Shown here piece by piece: positions 38,091-47,345 of a stretch of DNA of 64,000 nt. The stretch's first letter is position 1; the number at the start of each line of letters is the position of its first letter. Origin of the DNA: an uncultured Chloroflexia bacterium (GTDB taxonomy: Bacteria > Chloroflexota > Limnocylindria > Limnocylindrales > CSP1-4); assembly GCA_963833285.1 (NCBI GenBank), contig CAWHXM010000005.1, positions 675,448 to 739,447 of the forward strand, given 5' to 3'. A program made the translations under genes and the position numbers. Under the pieces are notes generated by a model. The model saw only the letters and a program-made list of their open reading frames with translations, had not been told where the DNA came from and searched no databases.

Positions 38091-39236
38091 CTAGGCCATC
38101 CCTGCGACGATCGCCCAACAGACGATCGCGCTGCAGACCGTGCTCCAGCGACCGAACCCCTTGTAGATGTCGCCGGCGATCTTCGCCTGCTCGCGGATGG
38201 TCCGGCCATCGGCGGCGATCTGTGGATCGGACACGTTGCGCACCATCACGTAGGCGGGAGCCGTCTTCGGGCGCCCTTCACAGACCATGCCGAGCACGGC
38301 GTCGCCCATCTCCGAGAGATCGCCGTGGCCCTGTAGTCCGAAGGTGTTCGTGCTGTTGTCGAAGCCGAAGTAATCGGTCGTGAGGATGCCGGTCTGGGGT
38401 GAAGCCGAGAACACGATCGCGGGCGGTCGCGTGTTGTCCTTCGGAAGGAACCCGGCGTTCGCCGAGAACAGCTGCTCCGCCTGCTCGAACCGACCGGTCG
38501 GGGTGGTCGGCGAGCTGTATGTCTTGCCGTCCAAGTGCTTGAACGGGCCGTGACAGGAGAAGGTGACGAACCGGCTGACGATGACGTCGCCGACTTCCTC
38601 CGTCGTTCCGATGCCACCCCCGGTCCCCGTGGTGATGACCAGGCTGGGCCTGACATCGTCGATGATCTGGCGCCACACGTCGGCATTCGGAAGCTTCGGC
38701 CCATCCTGCGACATGTGTGAATCGGACTTGAAGAGCGTGACTCGCACCTCGCCGATCGTCGCCGTCCAGTACGTCCCGAGACGGCCGAAGTTGAGGGCCG
38801 GACAACCCTTGCGCATCCGCGCAGCGATCGTCGCGAAGTTCCGCGTGTACGGCGCCCAGTCGTCGCGGCTGTCAAACCCCGGCGTCAGCACCCGACTGAG
38901 CGCGTGCCCCTCATCGGCCGTCCAGGTGACGATGAGGACATCGGCGCGAGGGAGCTTCGTTCCCGTCGGGGTCGGACCCGCGATCGGCGCCAGGTCGGCC
39001 GGCCATGGGACATCGACGTACTGGGACAGGCCGTGCGCCAGCGTGGCAGCGGCCAGGAACGCCGCTCCGGCCGGTCCCTCCGAGTCGAACTCGATAAGGT
39101 CCAGCATACGAGCTCGTTCTTCGGCTGCTGTGAGGACACCGCTCGTGCCCGCCGCGGCCGTGGCGGGCGGACCGGCTGGGGCGATCCCGAGGTTGCGCGC
39201 GAGCCATGCCTCATCGACCGGCGGAACCGTCGCCAT
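38091..39236 (-). CDS. PNP_UDP-fold (nucleoside phosphorylase/nucleosidase superfamily) protein with a roughly 95-aa N-terminal extension
   Basis: ADVLIVTWTADEGHAL, LVITTGTGGGIG, VGDVIVS, LSEMGDAV and VMVRNVSD follow the order of the conserved PNP_UDP_1 strands and loops. The ATG at 39236 is preceded by GGGAGGG. Confidence 0.55.
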   Translation of the reverse strand: MATVPPVDEAWLARNLGIAPAGPPATAAAGTSGVLTAAEERARMLDLIEFDSEGPAGAAFLAAATLAHGLSQYVDVPWPADLAPIAGPTPTGTKLPRADVLIVTWTADEGHALSRVLTPGFDSRDDWAPYTRNFATIAARMRKGCPALNFGRLGTYWTATIGEVRVTLFKSDSHMSQDGPKLPNADVWRQIIDDVRPSLVITTGTGGGIGTTEEVGDVIVSRFVTFSCHGPFKHLDGKTYSSPTTPTGRFEQAEQLFSANAGFLPKDNTRPPAIVFSASPQTGILTTDYFGFDNSTNTFGLQGHGDLSEMGDAVLGMVCEGRPKTAPAYVMVRNVSDPQIAADGRTIREQAKIAGDIYKGFGRWSTVCSAIVCWAIVAGMA

Positions 39237-39364
39237 CGCCAATGCCCTCCCTGCGTCATCGCGGAACGAGGCCGGATCGTGTCCGGCGCGTTCGGTGTTG
39301 CGCGATCAGGGTACCCCTCGGAGGTCGCCCGGATCGCGGTTCGAGTGATGCCGGACTCGGCTGC

Positions 39365-39393
39365 TTGCGTCCGCTTGACAATATACGTATACT
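39365..39393 (+). promoter_or_regulatory. AT-rich promoter-like region: TTGCGT-N17-TATACT, with an overlapping TTGACA and a 10-bp palindrome TATACGTATA
   Basis: Read directly. This is the only AT-rich stretch in the 174-bp divergent gap between the PNP-like and EXLDI genes. TACGTAT recurs 12 bp downstream, at 39396-39402. Confidence 0.35.
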
Positions 39394-39410
39394 CCTACGT
39401 ATGGCTGCTT

Positions 39411-39956
39411 ATGCCAGAAGGGAGTTACGATGTTGTGGTGCCGAACAAGACCATCTATGTCTCCGACGGAGACCTGCCCCTCTATCAACACGCGCAGGAG
39501 CTTGCCGGCGGCAACCTCTCGGCGGCGATCTCGGCGGCCCTCCGCCGGTACGTCGACGTCGAGGAGGGCCGGCGAACAGGCTTCGACGAGATCATCGTCC
39601 GCGTCGGGCCCGGCAAGGGCCGGAAGGTCCGCTTCGTCGGGGTGCTCCTCGGCGAGTGGGTCAACTCGTCGTTCAGCCGCGTCGAGACGTTCCGTGTCTA
39701 CCGTGGCCGCACGGGCAAGTTCGTCGTCCACATCGAACGTGGCCCTGACTACACGATGGTCGACGCCGAGGGCAAACCGGCCGGCTGGCGCGGGTATCTC
39801 GGCCTCGGCAACATCAGCTATGGGAACATCCCCGGGGAGTCGACCCTCGAGGTCGTCGGGACGCTCGAAGAGCTTCACGAGCGAATCCCGCAGCAGCTCT
39901 ACGACAGGATCGTCGGCGCGGCCGAGCAGCCGGCGGTGGAAGACCTCGACATCTGA
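39411..39956 (+). CDS. EXLDI family protein
   Basis: It ends ...QPAVEDLDI, the E-x-L-D-I terminus that names the family. 181 aa. It lies directly upstream of a DrrA-like ABC ATPase. Confidence 0.7.
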   Translation: MPEGSYDVVVPNKTIYVSDGDLPLYQHAQELAGGNLSAAISAALRRYVDVEEGRRTGFDEIIVRVGPGKGRKVRFVGVLLGEWVNSSFSRVETFRVYRGRTGKFVVHIERGPDYTMVDAEGKPAGWRGYLGLGNISYGNIPGESTLEVVGTLEELHERIPQQLYDRIVGAAEQPAVEDLDI

Positions 39957-39995
39957 TCCTTGTCGTCGCCGCACAGGGCGTCGGGGAGGCGAGGC

Positions 39996-40955
39996 ATGAC
40001 GACCATCGAGTCCCGTGTCGCGGTCCGCGTCGTCGGGCTGCGAAAGTCGTACGGCAGGCAGGTCGTCCTCGACGGCATCGACCTCGAGGTCGCCGAAGGG
40101 ACGGTCTTCGCGCTCCTCGGGCCGAACGGCGCAGGCAAGACGACCACGGTCCAGATCCTGTCGACCTTGATCGCCGCCGACGGCGGCGAGGTGCAGATCG
40201 CCGGCCATGACGTCGAGCGCGAGCCGGACGCGGTTCGGGCCGTCATCGGCGTCACCGGCCAGTTCTCCGCGGTCGACAAACTCTTCACCGGCGAGGAGAA
40301 CCTCCAGCTGATGGCCGACCTGCGGCACCTCGGCAAGGCCGAGGGCCGTCGACGCGTCGACGAGCTGCTCCAGCGGTTCGATCTCGTCGACGCGGCGAGG
40401 AAGCCGGTCGCGACCTACTCCGGAGGCATGAAGCGGCGACTCGACCTCGCGATGACCCTCGTCGGCAACCCACGGATCATCTTCCTCGACGAGCCGACGG
40501 CGGGGCTCGATCCACGCAGCCGCCGCGTGATGTGGCAGACAGTACGGGACCTCGTCGCGGGCGGCGTGACGATCTTCCTGACGACGCAGGACCTCGACGA
40601 GGCAGATCGACTCGCTCATCGGATCGCCGTCCTTGACCACGGGGTACTGGTCGCCGAGGGGACGCCGGACGAGCTGAAGCGGCTGGTGTCGGGAGGCCAC
40701 ATCCGGCTCTCGTTCGCCGACGCGGCCGAGCTCGAGCGGGCCGCCCGGGCATTCGATGGTGCATCTCGCGATGACGAGGCCCTCACCCTCCAGATCCCGA
40801 GCGACGGAGGGATCGGCTCGCTGCGGGCCCTCCTCGACAAGCTCGATGCAGGCTCGATCGACGTCGCCGAGCTCTCGGTCGAGACCCCGGATCTTGACGA
40901 CGTGTTTCTGTCGCTGACCGGCGACCCCAGAGACGAGAAGGCGAGCGTCCGATGA
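39996..40955 (+). CDS. ABC transporter ATP-binding protein (DrrA/daunorubicin-resistance type)
   Basis: GPNGAGKTTT, YSGGMKRRLDLA, IFLDEPTAGLD. The ATG lies after GGGGAGGCGAGG. Confidence 0.9.
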   Translation: MTTIESRVAVRVVGLRKSYGRQVVLDGIDLEVAEGTVFALLGPNGAGKTTTVQILSTLIAADGGEVQIAGHDVEREPDAVRAVIGVTGQFSAVDKLFTGEENLQLMADLRHLGKAEGRRRVDELLQRFDLVDAARKPVATYSGGMKRRLDLAMTLVGNPRIIFLDEPTAGLDPRSRRVMWQTVRDLVAGGVTIFLTTQDLDEADRLAHRIAVLDHGVLVAEGTPDELKRLVSGGHIRLSFADAAELERAARAFDGASRDDEALTLQIPSDGGIGSLRALLDKLDAGSIDVAELSVETPDLDDVFLSLTGDPRDEKASVR

Positions 40956-41743
40956 TCACGTATCCGCTTATCCTGGCCGACTCAGCCACGATGCTGCGGC
41001 GCAACCTCCGCCGGATGCGCCGGTATCCCTCGCTGACCTTCTTCATCGCCGGCATGCCGGTCGTGTTCCTGCTGCTGTTCGTGTACGTCTTCGGCGGGAC
41101 GCTCGGGGCCGGTCTCGGCGGCATCGCCGGTGGGCGGGCCGAGTACACGGCCTACGTCCTTCCCGGGATCCTGCTGGTCACCGTCGCGGGCGCAGCCCAG
41201 GGCACCGCGATCTCGATCGCGATGGACATGACCGAGGGGATCATCGCCCGATTCCGCACGATGGCGATCGGCCGGACATCGGTCCTGACGGGCCACGTCG
41301 TGGGAAGCGTGATCCAGACGATGCTCGCCCTGGTCATCGTCATGGTCGTTGCCCTGCTGATCGGGTTCCGGCCTACCACGGGCCCAGTCGAATGGGTCGC
41401 CGCGGCGGGTCTCCTCGCGCTGGCCGCCCTGGCCGTCTCCTGGCTGTCGATCGCCCTGGGCATGTGGCCCAGGGACGTGGAGACCGCGAGCAACCTCCCG
41501 ATATTCCTGGTGTTGCTGCCCCTCCTGAGCAGCGGGTTCGTCCCGACGGACTCGATGCCGGACGGCCTGAGCTGGTTCGCCGAGCATCAGCCCTTCACGC
41601 CGCTGATCGAGACCGTTCGCGGCCTCCTGCTCGGCACCCCCATCGGAAACGGCGGCGTGCTCGCGGTCGGCTGGTGCGTCCTGATCTCGGTCGGCGGCTA
41701 TCTCTGGGCGCGACGGCTGTACGACCGAAATCCGGCGACGTAA
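40952..41743 (+). CDS. ABC-2 type transporter permease (DrrB-like)
   Basis: ATGA overlap with the ATPase gene. 6 TM segments. Confidence 0.85.
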   Translation: MITYPLILADSATMLRRNLRRMRRYPSLTFFIAGMPVVFLLLFVYVFGGTLGAGLGGIAGGRAEYTAYVLPGILLVTVAGAAQGTAISIAMDMTEGIIARFRTMAIGRTSVLTGHVVGSVIQTMLALVIVMVVALLIGFRPTTGPVEWVAAAGLLALAALAVSWLSIALGMWPRDVETASNLPIFLVLLPLLSSGFVPTDSMPDGLSWFAEHQPFTPLIETVRGLLLGTPIGNGGVLAVGWCVLISVGGYLWARRLYDRNPAT

Positions 41744-41990
41744 GGGTCCGCCCCCGAGGTGCGGCGGTCAGCTGGCGGCCCAGCCGATCGGCGAGGACGC
41801 CGCGGCGGAGGCCGCGATCGCCAGGCGCGATCGCCAAGCATGACCCGTGCGTATTGCATACAAACGTCCGGATCGCCGCTGGAGTCTCGATGGCCGTCGT
41901 CTGTCAGGTCCAAACGGGTTGACGGTCGCAGGAAACGCTCGTGCGATGAGCGACTGGGGCGGCCGGTCGAGGGCCGCCCCGATCCCTCCC

Positions 41991-43895
41991 CTAGTGCGTC
42001 GGGATGGCGACGCCTGCGCTGAAGATGTCCTGGTCGTTGGCGGCCAGCCCGGCCTGGAACCCGGCGCTTTCGGTGCCGGTGCAGACGTCGGGCGGGGTCC
42101 CCGGGACGCCGGTGCCCGGGCACAGGAACAGGTCCACGTCACGCGTGTCCATCCAGATCGGATGGGCGTCGTCCTGTGCGTCCAGCCCGGTGTAGTCGCC
42201 GAAGAACGTGCCCGAGAACTGGGTCGGGGGCGGCATCGACGACGACGTGACCCGCTTCACGGAGAAGCTGGACAGGTTGCCCGACCCGGACAGGCTGAAG
42301 TCCAGCGAGCCGGTCGCCTGGTCGCTGCCGTACTGGCGGTCGTAGTAGGAGACGGCGAATTTGCCGTCCTTGCTGAAGGCTGCCCACTGCCAGAACTGGT
42401 CGCTGTCCGCCTGCTTGGCGACGTTGACGGTGGCCTGCGTGCGCGGGTCCGCGCCGGCTGCCCCGCCGGTGAACCCGGCGCCTCCGTTGGTCGACACGCT
42501 GAGCAGGATCTTGTTGCTGCATGCACCGGCGGTCTTGACGCCGGTGTACGTGTTGAGGCCGAAGGGCGAGAAGCCGTCCGGCGTGCAGCCGTTCGACTCC
42601 TTCGAGGTGGAGTTGATGTATGAGCCGTAGGTGATGGCGATCTTCGAGGGATCCGTCGGGCTGACGGCACCTGACGGATAGTTCGTCGCCCGGAAGATCG
42701 AATTCGTCGTCGACCCCGTCTCCGGCACGCAGGCGCGGCCGGGGTCGGCGCCGCCCTGGTAGGTCGCGCAGTCCGGGAGGTCGTAGTAGTCGCCGACCGT
42801 GATCGGCGCGCTGAACGTGAGCCCTCCGTCCGTCGACTTGACGAACAGCATCTGGTTGCGGTTGTCCGTGCCCGTCACGACGTTGTTGAAGTTCGCCCAC
42901 ACGACGTACAACGCGCCATCCGAGCCGGTGAACGGCTGCGAGAACTGGTTCTCGTTGCATCGACCGTGTGCCGTCGGCAACCCGAAGGTCTGGCCACACA
43001 GGGCGCTGTCGCTGCTGACGAGGACCGGGGCGCTGAAGTGCTCCGCGTAGTCGTTCGACCAGGCGCCCCAGATGTAGGCCGACCCGTCCACGTCGAAGGT
43101 CGTCCAGGTCACATAGACGCGATCCTGGAACGGGCTGCCGACGTGGTTGTCGACGGTCATCAGTTGCTTGTCGAGGAACGGTGCGTCGCCGCCTTCCACG
43201 TCGGGAGACTGGACGACAGGGCGTGCCGGGAAATTCCACGAGGCGCCGTTATTGTTCGTCGAGCGGAAGACGAAGAACGCGCTCGACAGGTCCGGGTCCG
43301 GCGTCGTGGGCTGGCCGCGCATGAACATCTGGCACGACAGATAGGCGTTGCCCTTCGTGTCGAACGCGACCGACGTGTCGCCACCACCCTGCCAGTACTC
43401 ACGGGCAGCGCCGTACGGCGCTCCGCGCGTGAAACCCATCGGAGGGGTGGTGTCGGTCCAGCTCTTGCCGGCGTCGAAGCTGTAGGCCGCGTAGCAGTTG
43501 CCGTCGCCACGCCGATAGTCGTTGTAGCTCGCGACCATGTTCTTCTTGTTCATCGGGTCGATCGCGATCGACGTCTCGTTCTGCGCTTGGCCGCGCCCCT
43601 GGAGGTCCGTATCCGACACGTTCAGGCAGTTCTGGTTGACCTTGACGTTGTTCGCGTCCTTCAGGCCGCACCCGTCCTTCTTGCTCGGCGTGTAGTTCTT
43701 GAGCTTGCCGGATGCCGTCAGATCACCCGAGGGCTTGAGCTCGAAGTCCGCAAGGCCGTCGAGGAGCCGTTCCTGGATCTCGGGCGCCTTCGTCGGGTCG
43801 AACGCCCTGACGGTCTTCGTGTTGGCGACCGAGCCGACGAGCAGCACCGCTCCGATCAATGAGAGGATCGGCAACAGGACGATGGACCGCTTCAT
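41991..43895 (-). CDS. Secreted BNR/Asp-box repeat beta-propeller protein (sialidase-like fold)
   Basis: Signal peptide MKRSIVLLPILSLIGAVLLVGSVA. Asp-boxes SFDAGKSW, STNNGASW, STDGGLTF and STNGGAGF. The ATG lies after GGAGGG. Confidence 0.7.
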   Translation of the reverse strand: MKRSIVLLPILSLIGAVLLVGSVANTKTVRAFDPTKAPEIQERLLDGLADFELKPSGDLTASGKLKNYTPSKKDGCGLKDANNVKVNQNCLNVSDTDLQGRGQAQNETSIAIDPMNKKNMVASYNDYRRGDGNCYAAYSFDAGKSWTDTTPPMGFTRGAPYGAAREYWQGGGDTSVAFDTKGNAYLSCQMFMRGQPTTPDPDLSSAFFVFRSTNNNGASWNFPARPVVQSPDVEGGDAPFLDKQLMTVDNHVGSPFQDRVYVTWTTFDVDGSAYIWGAWSNDYAEHFSAPVLVSSDSALCGQTFGLPTAHGRCNENQFSQPFTGSDGALYVVWANFNNVVTGTDNRNQMLFVKSTDGGLTFSAPITVGDYYDLPDCATYQGGADPGRACVPETGSTTNSIFRATNYPSGAVSPTDPSKIAITYGSYINSTSKESNGCTPDGFSPFGLNTYTGVKTAGACSNKILLSVSTNGGAGFTGGAAGADPRTQATVNVAKQADSDQFWQWAAFSKDGKFAVSYYDRQYGSDQATGSLDFSLSGSGNLSSFSVKRVTSSSMPPPTQFSGTFFGDYTGLDAQDDAHPIWMDTRDVDLFLCPGTGVPGTPPDVCTGTESAGFQAGLAANDQDIFSAGVAIPTH

Positions 43896-44104
43896 GGCAT
43901 CCCTCCGTACGAACTCCGCCCGGGGCTGCCGGCGACCGTGCGCCCAATCCCGCAGGGTCATCCGGGACAGGTGCATGCGGTGCCGTCTGGTGTGGTGTGG
44001 TCTAGCACGGTCATCGGGCGGTGTCCATCCCGAATTCCGAAACCAGGTCGAACTCGCCGGTGCAGCGGCGCACCGGGCTCAGGCAGTGTGGGCAAACACA
44101 CGCG

Positions 44105-45040
44105 TCAGCGGGACAGCGTGCTCCCCAGCTCGATCCCGTTCGCCCAGTAGACGCCCGTCGCGCCAGACGGCAACAAGTCGAACGTTCGGTCGGCGTCGTA
44201 CGGGACCCGGTCGGCCACATCGACGACGGATCCATCGTACGTGTCGCCAACGCGCAGAGCGGCTACCGGGCGTCCGTCCGGGATTGGATGGCCAGGCGAC
44301 ACGAGGACGGCGCGACCGTCCGCCAGAACGAGACGGACGACCTCGTGGCCGGCAGGAACCGGCGTCGACCCGACCTGGGCGATGACGGCCCGAACCCGTC
44401 GTCCGGCGAGGTCGACGCTCCAGACGGGATCGCCGGGACGGAGCGATTCGACCGCGACGTCTCCCGCCGGGGTGGCGATCATGGTGCCGCGGGCGAGGCA
44501 GATCGGACACCTCACGGGAGCGCTCGGCTCCTCCGTGTCGACGACGATCTTCCCGTCTACGTCGACGGTGCCGACGACGCGCGTAACGGATGGCAGGGCG
44601 CTCGCGTCCGGTCCTGTCCTGCGGAACCGCGCGTCGAAGCGCCAACCGGCGCCCACCGACGTGAGCGAGAGCGCCCGGAGCGCCTTCCACTCGCGGTAGG
44701 CAGCGAGGAGCCCGCTGCCGTTCGGGACTGAAGACGGGCTGAACCCAAGGCGGCCGGCGATCGCGGTCCACGTTGCGGTGTCGGCGCGCATCGCCGCGAG
44801 ATTCTCGGTGGCGGCGCTCGTCTCGTCGCCTTGCGCGTCGGGGTAGGAGTCGGGATCGCAGAAGACGAGCGGTCCGAAGCGGACGAGCAACGCTTCCTTC
44901 GCGGCCGCCTCGGTCTGCGGGCTGGGTCCGGCCGATCCGGACGGGCCCGGCGACCCGGAGCCCGTGCATCCAGCGGCCAGCGCGGCCAGCACCGAGACGA
45001 TGATGGCACGCGATGCGACGCCGGTGACCCGGAGCTTCAT
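44105..45040 (-). CDS. Lipoprotein with C-terminal Hint (Hedgehog/intein-like) domain
   Basis: Lipobox LAALAAGCTGS. The C-terminal 130 aa, CLARGTMIATPAGDVAVESLRPGDPVWSV...VSPGHP...GVYWANGIE, match a Hint module beginning with Cys. Confidence 0.7.
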   Translation of the reverse strand: MKLRVTGVASRAIIVSVLAALAAGCTGSGSPGPSGSAGPSPQTEAAAKEALLVRFGPLVFCDPDSYPDAQGDETSAATENLAAMRADTATWTAIAGRLGFSPSSVPNGSGLLAAYREWKALRALSLTSVGAGWRFDARFRRTGPDASALPSVTRVVGTVDVDGKIVVDTEEPSAPVRCPICLARGTMIATPAGDVAVESLRPGDPVWSVDLAGRRVRAVIAQVGSTPVPAGHEVVRLVLADGRAVLVSPGHPIPDGRPVAALRVGDTYDGSVVDVADRVPYDADRTFDLLPSGATGVYWANGIELGSTLSR

Positions 45041-45274
45041 GCCATCCGGACGACGCGCGACCGTACTCACCTCCAGCTCGAACGCCGCGCGATGATGGCT
45101 ATCGAGTCCGTCATAGCTGACCATGCGCCGCCCCGGCTGGAAACGTGGTGTCATCAACGTCCAGGGCGATTGTCGGGCATGCGATCGCGCGCACTGCATA
45201 ATGTCGTCACGCTTCCCCGGCTCGTCGCCAAGCGGTTACCGGTGGGCTGGTCGGCGATGGGCGGGACGGCGACA

Positions 45275-45895
45275 TCAGGAGACTCGGTAGGCGACGGTCA
45301 CCGACACGCCCAGCACCTCGGGACCCACGACGGACTTGCCGGGTGCCGGGACCGGCGCGTTCGGTGCCGAGTCCGGGGTAGCGACCATCGGCATCACGAC
45401 CCCATAAGGCGAGACCGAGGTGTTGACCGACAGGACACCGGAGATCGAGAGCCCGGTCGTGGTCGCGATGATATCTGCTTGCGCCTTCGCGTCAGCCAGT
45501 GCCGCGACGAGCGCGGCCTTCTCGGCGGCGGCCCGGTTCGAGCCATCGCTCTTCATGTCAGCCTGACCGACCCCGGTCACCACGATGGTATGGTCGGGCG
45601 CGATGCCGGGCGTCCCCCCGTAGTAGGGGTATGCGATGGCGGTCCCGGCGACCGCCATCCCCCCGCTCCCGACGGCCGTGGCTGCTTCGGTCGTCGCTCC
45701 GATCACGGGCGTCGTGTCAGGTGTTGAGGGGAGGGACCCTGGTGAAGCCCCGACGAGGGCGGAGGGGACGGCGACGGGCGACTTCTGGGGCGTGCCCGGA
45801 CCCGACGCGAGCACGGCACTGGCGCCAACGGCAAGACCTATGACGAGGGCCAGGGCGGTCGTTCCCAAGAGGAGGAAGCGAGGATGCTTCGACAT
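45275..45895 (-). CDS. Exported SIMPL-like (DUF541) protein
   Basis: Signal/TM segment LLLGTTALALVIGLAVGASAVLA. IVVTGVGQADMKSD...AALADAKAQADIIATTTGLSISGVLSVN resembles SIMPL. Confidence 0.5.
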   Translation of the reverse strand: MSKHPRFLLLGTTALALVIGLAVGASAVLASGPGTPQKSPVAVPSALVGASPGSLPSTPDTTPVIGATTEAATAVGSGGMAVAGTAIAYPYYGGTPGIAPDHTIVVTGVGQADMKSDGSNRAAAEKAALVAALADAKAQADIIATTTGLSISGVLSVNTSVSPYGVVMPMVATPDSAPNAPVPAPGKSVVGPEVLGVSVTVAYRVS

Positions 45896-46105
45896 CGGTC
45901 GAGCCCTTCCTATGCGGTGGGCTGTCATCCCGAAAAGGAGGGATGACTCGGACCCGTAAGCCCAAGGACGTCATGCGCGACATCGTGGTTCCTCTGAGGA
46001 CCTTCAATGTCATTGCTGAGTTCCGTCGGGCCAGTGGAGCAGGCACGGCGGAACCGACCTCATCGTCCACCGCAGGAGGTCGGCCCGACCGCGCGGTGGG
46101 CAACC

Positions 46106-46387
46106 TCAGTCGGGATGCGACCCCTCCGACGACCCCACCCAGACGGCGATCTGGGTTCGTGAGTCGAAGCCGAGCTTGTCGAGGATGTTGCGCACGTGGC
46201 CGTCGACCGTCCGCCCGGAGATGAGGAGACGCGCGCCGATCTCCTTGTTCGTGAGGCCGTCGCCGACCAATCGCGCGACCTCGGATCCCCGCTTCCCGAG
46301 CGGACCATGAACGCGGATGGCACCGAACAGACCCGACTCACCAACAGCCCGACCGACGATGTCGGCGCGACTTGGAGGTGACAGGAC
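46106..46387 (-). pseudogene. LuxR-type HTH C-terminal remnant with no usable start codon
   Basis: The stop-to-stop frame encodes ...GKRGSEVARLVGDGLTNKEIGARLLISGRTVDGHVRNILDKLGFDSRTQIAVWV. There is no ATG or GTG upstream of the HTH. The frame is closed by a TAA at 46388-46390, 38 nt from the uppS stop. Confidence 0.45.
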
Positions 46388-46428
46388 TTATTGATGCGGC
46401 GCCCTTAATGGACTCTGCGCGGAGCCGC

Positions 46429-47268
46429 TCAGCGCCCGAACCGTCGCGCGCGCTGCTGATAGGTCCGGATCGCCCGCAGGAAGTCGATCTCACGGAAGGC
46501 CGGCCAGTACGCCTCGCAGAAGTGGTATTCGCTGTACACGCTCTGCCACGGCAGGAAGCCCGAGAGGCGGATCTCGCCAGACGTCCGGATGATCAGATCC
46601 GGGTCCGACGACCCGCGTGTGTAAAGGTGGGCGGCGAGCGTCTCGGCGGTGATCGCGTCCACCAGCTCGTCGATCGGGGTCTCGGCCGCCACCGCATCGC
46701 GGATCGTCGCCCGGAAGGCCTCGAGCAGCTCGTCTCGGCCGCTGTAGGCGATCGCTACGGTCACCCGGATCGAACCGTCGGCCCGAGACAACGTGGCGGA
46801 GCGGTCGACCGTGTCGGCGAGCCCGGGTGGGAGGAGGTCGCGCCGGCCGATCACGTGCAGCTCGACCGGCGCGCTGGTCCGGCGCCGACCCGAGGTCAGC
46901 GCGCCGATCGCCTCGGCAGCCACATCGGTGATCGTCGAGACCTCCTCCCTCGGACGCTCGAGGTTCTCGATCGACAAGGCCCACAGGGTGACCTCGCCGA
47001 TGCCGAGGCCGACGCACCAATCGATGAGGTCGAGCGCCTTCTCGGCGCCCCGGCGGTGGCCGGCGCCCGGGTCGCGCCCCTCCGCGAGGGCCCATCGGCG
47101 GTTGCCGTCCATGATCACCGCAACGTGGCCGGGGCGAGGGCGTGCGAGCACGGCTGCCCGCAGGCGTGCCGCATAGAACCGGTAGGCGGGCGCGAGGGCC
47201 ACGTGGACCGCCCGCCGGTAGGCCCGGCCGTAGCGGCCGGACGCGAGCGACGTCAGGGGATCGACCAT
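46429..47268 (-). CDS. uppS: Isoprenyl (undecaprenyl) diphosphate synthase, cis-prenyltransferase
   Basis: HVAVIMDGNRRWA, ...LWALSIENL..., DLIIRTSGEIRLSGFLPWQSVYSEY. An alternative start at 47304 is possible. Confidence 0.85.
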   Translation of the reverse strand: MVDPLTSLASGRYGRAYRRAVHVALAPAYRFYAARLRAAVLARPRPGHVAVIMDGNRRWALAEGRDPGAGHRRGAEKALDLIDWCVGLGIGEVTLWALSIENLERPREEVSTITDVAAEAIGALTSGRRRTSAPVELHVIGRRDLLPPGLADTVDRSATLSRADGSIRVTVAIAYSGRDELLEAFRATIRDAVAAETPIDELVDAITAETLAAHLYTRGSSDPDLIIRTSGEIRLSGFLPWQSVYSEYHFCEAYWPAFREIDFLRAIRTYQQRARRFGR

Positions 47269-47345
47269 CAAGTCTCCAGGGTGCGGACGCCTCCATGACG
47301 ACACGCGCGGGGTTCGTGTGACTTGGGCACTACAACGTCGGCCGG

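Noticed and set aside
39325-39345. GCGGTTCGAGTGATGCC resembling a tRNA T-loop.
   Set aside because: No acceptor or anticodon stems can be formed around it. It lies in the divergent promoter region.
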